Below are positions 34,273-44,300 of a stretch of 59,966 bases of DNA, one piece after another. The position numbers and the translations under genes are program-made. The stretch is from a virus (Duplodnaviria > Caudoviricetes). A model generated the notes under the pieces. It was not told where the DNA came from, did no database searches, and worked only from the letters and a program-made list of their open reading frames with translations. Numbering within the stretch: position 1 is the first letter of the stretch; every line of letters begins with the position of its first letter. Location of the stretch: positions 1-59,966 of IMG/VR virus record IMGVR_UViG_3300020476_000002; one strand, 5' to 3'.

Positions 34273-36204
34273 ATGCCATCAGGTAAAGCAACAACTGTAG
34301 AAAAATGGGCTGACTATCAGGCGTTTCGCCGTCAAGGTAAGTCTTTGTATGCTTCAGCCAAAGAATGCAATCTTTCCTATCATGCGTGTCGAGATGCCGA
34401 AAACGGTAAAGCCCCAAGAAACTATATTGCCGCCCAAGAAGCACTCGGCAAAACAATTCAACCGGAGGTACCCCAATATGATGACCTTTGTCCCGAAGCG
34501 CAGGCTGCTTACGATAATATCGAAATCTTTGCGAAAAGGTATTTTGGGATTATTTTACAACCATGGCAAATTGAAGCAACAGAACGGATCATGGCTCTTA
34601 TCGAAACAGAATACGAAGAGTATGCCGTAATAAACGCCCCACCCGGATCAGGTAAATCAACTTTCTTTGCCAAAGTTCTGCCTGCATGGGCAACTGTACG
34701 CAATCGTGCCATCCGTGGCATGATCGGATCTTCCACACAACGACTAGCTGAATGGTATGCACGCCGATTACGAGCCGAACTTGACCGAACGCACCCAGTT
34801 TTAGCTGAACTTAATGATGTCCGACTTGGATTAGCTGTTGATGCTGAAGCCACACTCCAAGATGACTTCGGAATGTTCAAACCAGACTCATCAGAGATTT
34901 GGCGTGCCGAAGCGTTCACCGTTTTACAAGCCAACGACCAGCCACTTTCCCAGAAAGAACCCACATGGTCTGCGTTTGGAATGGACTCAGGGTTCCTTGG
35001 TGGTAGATTTGATCTTGTAATCTGGGACGACGTGTACGACCCACGCAAAATGCGTAACGCTGAAGCCCGTGAAGATATGCGAAGATGGTGGGATGAAGTT
35101 GCAGAAACGAGACTTGAACCCGGAGGACTCCTTGTTCTCCAAGGACAACGTATGTCCGCTGACGACATTTACCGGTACGCACTCGATAAGGTCGCGCCCC
35201 CCGACGAAATTGAGTTGGAAGATTTTGATCCCGAAGATGCTCCTGAAGAGTGGCGCAAATATAGTCACATCAAATATAAAGCGCATTATGAAGAACTATG
35301 CACGGGCGATCCCGAAAACCACAAGCCCAGTGGGGAACCTTGGCCCAGAGGATGCCTACTATACCCACGGCGTTTACCTTGGCGACGATTACGTCACATT
35401 AAAGCACAAACACCAGACCGATTCGAAGTCTTATTCCAACAAGAAGATGTAAACCCTGCGAATGCGTTAGTAGATCCCCTTTGGGTTAGTGGCGGAACAG
35501 GTAACGACGGTGTAGAACACCCCGGTTGTTGGGATAACGACCGAGGGTTATGGGAATTACCCCAAAACGTGAGCGGCGACATGTTTGTTGTCGCCACAGC
35601 AGACCCTTCTCCTGCGAATTATTGGGCAATTCAATGCTGGGCCTACAATCCTGAAACCGAATTCCGGTATTTGTTGGAATCATATCGACGCAAAATGGAT
35701 GCCCCCAGTTTCCTTGACTGGAACCACGAAAATCAAATGTTTACTGGTATAGCCGAAGAATGGTGGCAAATCAGTTACGAAATGGGTCGCCCCATCACCC
35801 ATTGGGTCATAGAAGCAAACGCTGCACAAAAATTTATTTTGCAATATGATCATTTTAGAAGATGGTCTGCATTAAGAAATGTTCAACTTGTTCCGCATTA
35901 CACACACTCTCGCAACAAAGGCGACCCCAAATATGGGGTGCAGATGCTTGCGCCGTTATGGCGTGTTGGCCGAGTGCGTTTGCCGGGTAGACAAAACAGT
36001 GAAGCACGCCCCCATTCGCTACTTTTGGTCAACGAAGTAACTCGTTGGAACCCTGAAGGTACTGGTGCACGCACAGATGACTGTGTTATGGCACAATGGT
36101 TCCTAGAACATAACTTAGAGAAGTTGTTTACACCTAGTATTATCAATAGTCGTCAGTGGCGTCCATCGTGGATGTCTGCTGAAGCTGAATCAGTTTTGAG
36201 GTAA
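34273..36204 (+). CDS. terL: terminase large subunit with N-terminal HTH-like extension
   Basis: LQPWQ, Walker A APPGSGKS, Walker B LVIWDD, nuclease ADPS and DDCVMA. Confidence 0.9.
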   Translation: MPSGKATTVEKWADYQAFRRQGKSLYASAKECNLSYHACRDAENGKAPRNYIAAQEALGKTIQPEVPQYDDLCPEAQAAYDNIEIFAKRYFGIILQPWQIEATERIMALIETEYEEYAVINAPPGSGKSTFFAKVLPAWATVRNRAIRGMIGSSTQRLAEWYARRLRAELDRTHPVLAELNDVRLGLAVDAEATLQDDFGMFKPDSSEIWRAEAFTVLQANDQPLSQKEPTWSAFGMDSGFLGGRFDLVIWDDVYDPRKMRNAEAREDMRRWWDEVAETRLEPGGLLVLQGQRMSADDIYRYALDKVAPPDEIELEDFDPEDAPEEWRKYSHIKYKAHYEELCTGDPENHKPSGEPWPRGCLLYPRRLPWRRLRHIKAQTPDRFEVLFQQEDVNPANALVDPLWVSGGTGNDGVEHPGCWDNDRGLWELPQNVSGDMFVVATADPSPANYWAIQCWAYNPETEFRYLLESYRRKMDAPSFLDWNHENQMFTGIAEEWWQISYEMGRPITHWVIEANAAQKFILQYDHFRRWSALRNVQLVPHYTHSRNKGDPKYGVQMLAPLWRVGRVRLPGRQNSEARPHSLLLVNEVTRWNPEGTGARTDDCVMAQWFLEHNLEKLFTPSIINSRQWRPSWMSAEAESVLR

Positions 36205-36206
36205 AA

Positions 36207-37970
36207 GTGAAAACGGTCGAAGAAATTATATCTTTATACACGACACGTTCACGGGTCAACGATAGTGCAAAACAAAAAATGCGTGAAATCCGAGACTACT
36301 ACAACGGCGATGTTGTCGTACCTCTCCCCGAACTTGATACTGATGAACGATCTGCGGTAGCAAACCTTCTTTCACAAGGTTTAGATCAAACAGCGATGCG
36401 GATTGCGTCAACGAGTCCCGATATTTATTGTCCTCCCACAGATCCCCGAACAAAAAAAGCACGAGACAACGCCAACATTCGGCGTCAAGCATTATTCGGA
36501 TGGTGGGAACACAGCCGAATGGATCTCCAATTGTCGAAACGTGCCCGACATCTCATCGGGTTTGCCCATACCTGTGTCCAGTTACGATTCAACCGTCAAC
36601 TCGGTGCACCCGAATGGCATCTGCGTGATCCTCTTTCCACATATCCGGCAACAATGCTCGGCGTTGACGACATGCGTCCCCGAGACATTATTTTTGCTTA
36701 CAGCCGACAACTTGGTTGGCTACGCCAAATGTATCCAGAAGCTGCACAAAAATTTAGTGGAGATGGTACTGCAACCGAAGACGAACCAATCGATCTTATC
36801 GAATACATAGACGGCGAAGAACAAGTTCTTATAGGGATGAGAGCACCAGTCCAAACAACCATGTGGGCTGTACCCAAACCCACAGAAAACAAGGCGCTAG
36901 TCGTTGAACTTGAACGGGTTCCCAATTTTTTAGGAGAAACACCCGTAGTTTGTGCTCAACGCATCAGTCTCGACGGATCACAAGGCCAATTCGACGGCAT
37001 TCTCGGCATGTATCAAATGCAGGCCCGACTTATGGCTCTCGAAGTTATCGCTGTACAAAAAGGTGTGTTCCCAGATACGTGGCTTGTGGGGCGTGCCGGA
37101 GAAACCCCCCAAATAGTGAATCCTTCCGATGGACTTACCGGCGAAGTTGGCATAATCCGAGGCGGCGATCTGAAAGACATGCAAATGCAACCCGGATACA
37201 TGACAAATCCGGCAATTGACCGGTTAGAACGGGCGCAACGTCTTACCGCTGGAATCCCACAAGAATTCGGTGGGGAATCCACTTCCAATATTCGGACAGG
37301 TCGCCGAGGTGACGCCGTGTTGTCTGCAGTTGTGGATTTCACTGTCCAAGAATCTCAACGAATCATGGCACGATCACTCCAAGAAGAAAACAAATTAGCG
37401 ATCAGCATGTCGAAAGCATATGCCGGTTCACGTAAACGCAGTTTTTATGTCAGCACCAAAAATGCGAAAGGTCGAGTAGATTATCGACCAAATGAAAACT
37501 TTGATTCGACTGACAATGTGGTTTCTTACTCGCATCCGGGTGCTGATATTAACAACCTTGTCATTGGGGGCGGTCAGCGTGTTGGTATGGGTACTATGTC
37601 GAAGCGTTCGTTTATGGCTCTCGACCCATTGGTCGATGACCCAGAATTCGAACATGACACAGTAATCGGTGAACAACTAGAACAAGCATTGCTTTCTTCT
37701 GTGCAACAACAAGCAGCAGAAGGAGTGATTCCTCCCGGCGACCTTGCCAGAATCATGGACCTTGTTATGCACAACAAAATGGAATTAGCTGGGGCTGTAG
37801 AAAAAGTTCAGTTAGAAGCACAAGAACGCCAAGCCGAACTCGTTCCGGCAGGTGCACCAGCAGCCCAACCCGGATTAGCTGTACCCGGTGCAGGTGCAGA
37901 ATCACCAGAAATGTTACCCCCGGCTGCACCACCTGAACCTAGTCTCGACGAACTATTGGCAGGTCTATAA
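36207..37970 (+). CDS. portal protein (B)
   Basis: 587 aa directly after terL. Homologue of 1..1353. Confidence 0.8.
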   Translation: MKTVEEIISLYTTRSRVNDSAKQKMREIRDYYNGDVVVPLPELDTDERSAVANLLSQGLDQTAMRIASTSPDIYCPPTDPRTKKARDNANIRRQALFGWWEHSRMDLQLSKRARHLIGFAHTCVQLRFNRQLGAPEWHLRDPLSTYPATMLGVDDMRPRDIIFAYSRQLGWLRQMYPEAAQKFSGDGTATEDEPIDLIEYIDGEEQVLIGMRAPVQTTMWAVPKPTENKALVVELERVPNFLGETPVVCAQRISLDGSQGQFDGILGMYQMQARLMALEVIAVQKGVFPDTWLVGRAGETPQIVNPSDGLTGEVGIIRGGDLKDMQMQPGYMTNPAIDRLERAQRLTAGIPQEFGGESTSNIRTGRRGDAVLSAVVDFTVQESQRIMARSLQEENKLAISMSKAYAGSRKRSFYVSTKNAKGRVDYRPNENFDSTDNVVSYSHPGADINNLVIGGGQRVGMGTMSKRSFMALDPLVDDPEFEHDTVIGEQLEQALLSSVQQQAAEGVIPPGDLARIMDLVMHNKMELAGAVEKVQLEAQERQAELVPAGAPAAQPGLAVPGAGAESPEMLPPAAPPEPSLDELLAGL

Positions 37971-38368
37971 TGCCACGCAAAGGCCGAGGATCAAAAACTC
38001 AACCTGTTCAAACGGAAACGGGACAAGAATATGGGAGTGCGCTTCAACAAGAAGAAGCGCAGATGGTTCAACCACTCCCGTTAAACGTTGACCCAGCGGC
38101 CCGAGAATTCGGTCCAAGGCGGCCTCGCCCAACTGCCGGTCAAGCAGGTGACCCGTTTCGGAGGACAGATCGTCCCGGTCAACCAATCGCTACACTTCCA
38201 TCATCAGGTGTTGCACCACCGTTGCCACCGGAACGTGCCCGTGCTCTTCCCCCCGTTTTACATATTTTTTATGCGATGGCTAATAGTGCTTACGCAGATC
38301 CAGACATGCAGGACGTGGTTCGTCGAATGGAAGGCTTCGTTCCTACAAAATATGATCAAACGCTATGA
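37970..38368 (+). CDS. Pro-rich virion-associated hypothetical protein
   Basis: TAATG-coupled; GQEYG motif. Confidence 0.65.
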   Translation: MPRKGRGSKTQPVQTETGQEYGSALQQEEAQMVQPLPLNVDPAAREFGPRRPRPTAGQAGDPFRRTDRPGQPIATLPSSGVAPPLPPERARALPPVLHIFYAMANSAYADPDMQDVVRRMEGFVPTKYDQTL

Positions 38369-41300
38369 GTATCGGCAGTCGCTTCTATGAGATTGCGCGA
38401 ACCCCGTTTGTTTTTACATCGAAAGCCGTCGATTTTTTTGCTGATGGTTTAACCCATATACCCGAAACATACAGACAGAGTGAGGGTTCTTCGTTAGAAC
38501 GAATGACGTATGCGCCGATTCGTTCATGGTTCGAATCGTTCAAAGACAATGTTGCTGGGCAAGCGTCAGTAACGAACGACATGACACCGGGCGACAGTAT
38601 GTTCGGTATGGTCATGGGACCCAAAGGTCTTATCGGAGCGACCGTTGAAGCCATCCCTGAATGGGTTGGCCCGATTCCGGTACGAAAAGTTGGTGGGGTT
38701 ATTTGGACTCCGTTTCTTGAAAATATGCAACGGGTGTACAAATACGGGATTGATCGTCCGCTTGGGTTTTTAGCAACTATAGGTAATGTGTGGGGACTTG
38801 AAACTCAGGGCGAAACAGAAGACAGCGGATTCAATTTGCCTTTCACTGGAGGAGTGGTAGGACAAATTCCGGGTGTTAGAAACGTGTTTCAGGGAAAACC
38901 AGAGGACGCACCGCAACGTCTAGCAAATATGATTCCGGGTAACTGGCAACAAGACGACTATGACGCCGTGACACTCAACTTGGACACATACAAAGATGTG
39001 TGGGATGTCACCGAATCTCGAAGCGCTGGGCAAGCAATAATTTTGTCGCAACAAAACATAGACATTTTTGATCCGGTATCGGTACAAGATTTCGAAGGCA
39101 CTCTTTACTATCAGATGGCTTCAGGTACTATTGACTTGTATCTCAACTTGGCAGGCGACCCCGGTTATCTTGCAGTTAAAGGTGTGAAGCTGGGTTACGG
39201 ACTTAGACAAGCCCGATTACAGTATGCTCAAACTGGTGAATTTCGGTTGCCGCCGAACACGGTACGGGCACCGTTTTCGTTGTCGGATGTTCGTGGGAAA
39301 CGACGTAACGCTCGTGACCGTGACGAAGCTGCATACCAAAACTTGGGTTGGACTCCTAAATGGTTGAAGAGTCCTGCCAGTAATGCGTCTGTTCAAGAAG
39401 TAGCGACACAGCGTCCTTACTTGGAAGTTAAACAAGCTGTTCAAGATCTTGTGTATCGAACACGTGAGGAGCTTGGTTACGGTGTTCGTGGCGTTGATGA
39501 GGCACAACCTCAATATGTCGCTAATGAAATAGGCGTATTCTATGATAGACGTTCAGGACACGTAGGAAAGTCGAGAGAAGCTAGACGTGCCGAATTGGAA
39601 GGGAGCCGCAAAAATGAGGTAAGAGATACTGCGGAACGCTTAGAAGAAAACACAGATTACAATCTTCACCTAGACCGTCAGCTTTATGAAATTGGAGAAG
39701 GCTCCCGACCAAAATCTAAACTTCCAAAAAAGATGACGAAAGCTCAACTCATTGATTGGATACTTGACAGAGAATTCAGAGTTGAAAAAGGCCCCAGAAT
39801 TCTGTCCGATGTAGAGGACCTTGACCCTGTTTATTTGACAAGCGGCGAAGGAGCAGTAACCGAATTAGCTGCTCTACCTGACGACCCAATTATGATGACC
39901 GGACAAATCGATCAGCTTATGGTTCGTATCGGTGAAGAACTTGATGCGTTGCAAAAAGAATTCGGTAGTTTTGATAGAGATCAAGTTATAGCAAATATTT
40001 TAGAGGACACTCCTTACAACACTCTTGACGATATTGCTGACGCATTAGATGACCTTTGGGATCGTCGTCAGTCTGGAGGAGTGGACTCCGAAATTGATTC
40101 GGGGCAAATGCCTTTAGAGGAATTATATGAGGCGCTTGAACTAACAAGATTTGGAGACAGCCCAGATTTCCCAAACACTTTTTTCTTGGACGACGAAGCG
40201 ATACGGGGATTAGGTCTTGATCCTGCAGACGGTCCTGTACCGGTTACTGCGTCGATGAACACTCCAAGTGAATTATTTGACACTCAGGGGTCCCCCGGAA
40301 TAATTTTTGCCGACGAGGCTGACAGAATACCGGCATTACTTGATTATCTAGGTATGGATGGCGCTGCCGCAATAAGCAACTTTGATCGGATTACAGGAAA
40401 TGTTGGAGGAGGACAGAAATTAGTAAACTGGGTGGAACGTGTTTTAGATCTGGAAGACGCTAGATATGCAGACCCGGAGGGTCAAGAATTTCGTGCTGCA
40501 CAACAAAGAGTAGATGCAGCCCGCGGAGAACTTGAAGAACTAGTCGAACCAATATCTCGACGCATCGACGACTGGGATCAGTTCGACGATTTCGCTGATA
40601 TGACTAGTGCGGCTGAAGCCAATTATGTTGACATCAATCAATACCCACTTTTCTGGTTAGACAATCTTTTGAACCAGATCGAACGTCCTCTAAGTACCCG
40701 AGAAGGTTGGGCACGTCCACGGTTCGATCAGTATTTTGCTTTCTGGGGCGTGGGTTTAGATTCGCCAACGATACAACGAATCTTAAAAGAAAAAAGAATT
40801 ATTGAGCTTGAACGTCTCCAAGGAACTGTCACCCAAAAACTCGCAGCTTTCGACCAAGCCACTGTCCGTGTCATGGAACTCAAACAAGATCCGCTTCTAC
40901 TTGGTGGAACAGCAGACAACCCTGTTTTCGTACCACCAACAAAAACCCCAACAGAAAAATTTATTGACGTACTCGCATTAAAGATAATGAATGCAGGAAA
41001 AGCAGGAAAACTGGGACAGAAATGGCGCAGGATGCCTCACGATCAGGCATACCAGCGTGCAAAAATATGGGCGACGTTAGCGAATACTGGTCCTGTTGAT
41101 TCAACGTCGTGGCTGCCGTTCGACAATTTTTTGAAATTAGAAGTTGGTGCGCCTGCAGCTAGACAAGCAATGGAAAGCCAAGCACATTTTTTGGCGGCGA
41201 TGTTTGGCGGTGGAGACTTCCAAGGTTTCAAGTTTTATCTTCGCCGCTATGCGACAGTGAACGAATCGATTAAACAGATACAACGTGCTCTTGCTTTTTA

Positions 41301-44300
41301 TGGTGACCCGGAGTTGCGTGCACATGCAGTTCCTTCACCTGAAGACATACAAAATCCACGTTATGTTGATGGCCCTATTGAGGTGACAGAGGCAGGCGAG
41401 TGGAGTACCGCATATACGACACCGGAACAACAGTTAACAGAACTGGCTACTGTCCCCTTCGAAAATATTGAAAGCTACAAACAACTCGGTGAATACAAGA
41501 TCCGTGTATTACAACAAGAACTCGCCTTTCTGAATCGAAAGTTTCAGGCAGAAATTTCGTCCATGTCAACGAAAATGCGTGCCTATTTCGATGAATTCGA
41601 TCCAGAGTTAGATACCGAGTGGCATTTCAGAGACGACATTGAAGCCAACCAAGGATCACAACCTTCAATCGGGTTTGAAGACATAGAAGATTTTGTTGTT
41701 CCTCAAATGGGAACTCCCGAGTTTGACAACTTCATTTCCCAACTCAACCAACTTGACCAAATGCCGTGGAACGCAATTCTCAACGTCAAAGAAGATTTAC
41801 TGAAAACACTTATCGAAGAGCAACCTCAACTGTTCTCTGGACCAGACAAAATTCCGGGGACTGTTCCGAAGTATCAGGAAGTAGTGAAAGGTTCAGAAAG
41901 TCTTATCCAAGTAACAACCGACCAGATTTTGGATATGACTGGTATTCCGCTGTCACCAACTGGGATGCTTCCTTATCTTGGTGCCCCTAACCGTCTTGGG
42001 TTTAGCGCACGTACTTTTGTAGAAAGATCTGAACGTTACAACAACTTTGCACGTTCACGTGCTGTGCGTGTCATTGTTGACAAAGTTGCCCAAGGACTTG
42101 TTGACTGGCGTAATCCTTCTCACGCTTACATTCAGGTTGAGCGAATGATGCGAGATTTTGAACGTCTTGCAGATAAGGATGGTGTTCCTTTAACTGAGAA
42201 GTTGAGAGAATATTATCGGATAGGTTGGCAAGAAACTGATGTTGAGGCAATAGCTAGAGGAGCACCGGAAGGTGTACCGAATGCTTACGATGGTTTTGTA
42301 ATAGACGAAGTTTTGGCTGAACTGTTAAACAAAACTGATGACCCGATAGCGATGCGTCACCTTTTCGAAGACGTGTCTCAACGAATGCTTGACATAGTTG
42401 TTGATGCTTACGCAGATATTCGTGATCCGATAACAGGTAAACGAATTATTGATAACCACAAAGTTGTCCAAATTTTGCGTGGCGATATGTCTGCGGCAGA
42501 CGATCTATTGAAAACGTCGGCTGAACGTCAAGACCGAATGTTCGGAAACGGTGATGTTACAACAGTCGAATGGATTAACGACGGCGAAAACATTAGACGC
42601 CATATCCCGATTATGCCATCCCAAGTCCAACACACATCAATCGTTCCACGATTCGACATGTTCCAACGCCTCGTCAACATTGTTGGTGATGACTACAAAA
42701 CAATTCTTGATGCCGATGGAAATCCGCAACGTATCCATCTTGGGAAATCTCGTGCACAGGTTCGGGTTGCTCGCCGGTTTATGTCAACAGCGTGGAAGCG
42801 TGGGGTGCTGCTAACTCCTCGTTGGCAGATGGTTGTCAATATTGATTCGATGTTGCGGACAATGGCTCATGTTGGGACTGCGGCAACGGTTGGCCGTTTG
42901 GGTAATCGTATGGATACGTTGCAGGCACGTTGGTTGCGTAAGAGTGGAGTTGATGTTACTCGTCTTGTAGCTGACGAAGTTGCTGCCCGAATTGACGCAG
43001 ATGGGATTTTAACCCCAGAGCGAGTTTTAGGTGAAATAGAACGTAGGTATCCAGAATTAGAATATTTAGAAGGTGGTTCAATTACTGATTTGGCTAATGA
43101 TCCATTAATCCGTGACATGATTACTAAGCCTGAAGACGCGATTAATAGTATGCGTTTACAAATAGAATATGATGCGGGTAATCCGAAATATTTTGTAAGA
43201 AATCTGAAAAGAGAATTATCTGAGGAACAACTTGACGAATGGGGCGCAAATGTTATCGAAGAATTAGAAAAGCGAGAAAGAGGGGAAACTCCTCAGCCTG
43301 TTGAAGTTGATCGTACTGTTTCAGTAATGAATTTGATTGACGAGGTTTTAGATGAATTCCTAATGGGGTATAGTCGGGAATTCGGGACACGGGGAAGATC
43401 GTCTTATAAAGAACCTGAGGCAATACATATGGATGCCAAAGGTGGTGTCAAACTACCTGAAGGTACTCAGCCAGATGTGATGAGTTTGGAATTAGATGAT
43501 GCTTTCCGCAGAATGGAAATGGGGGGAATGAATTATGACAAATGGATCAGCGCTGATTCCCGTATGGGTCGTTCTCGGGGTTCTCAATTCGTAGAAAACG
43601 TTCAACAATATAACCGTTTAAGAGAATTTGCACCTGACCATCCGGCGCTAAAAGAAACTTTTGATGAACTCGTTGAAGGTGTCATCGACAGTGAATACGC
43701 TCGTGGTCGAAGGATGCGTCGAATTGGGTTAACAACCGGTGTCGGACTTTTCTTTGGCGGTCCAGTCGGAGCCGCAGTCGCCGGACTCGCATACAGCAAA
43801 TATTCACGTAACAGTTTGCAGGCGTTAGCCCGACGCACAATCGCAAACGATTATGCACAAGCTCTCAGACTTGAAGCCTACGACAGTTTGAATCGTTTAG
43901 AAAAACTGGACGAAGCTGTGCTTCGTGGCTATATGCCCGAAGATTTTCGGATTCGTGACTTCGAAGCGCTTACCCCTGACGAACTAATGATGTTAGACAT
44001 GGGGTATGAAGTCGCTGAAGTTCTCGGACAAGCCGCAAAAGACAGACGTGAAGCTGCACGACTCATCTCTACTCGTGCCGATTTCATAGATGATTATCAA
44101 CGAAACGTTGTTGACGCTTTCCGAGCAGACCAACCAGAACTCGCTGGACGTTTCGACGAAGCTGCAGAAATACTTGGCGACGCAGGATACGGTCAAACAC
44201 AATTCGGAAACGTTTCTATCGACAATGCGTGGGGCGACATACCACAATTACAAGAAGTTTGGGAACGTGTTAATAGCGCTAACGCTACAGCCCGTTCAGT

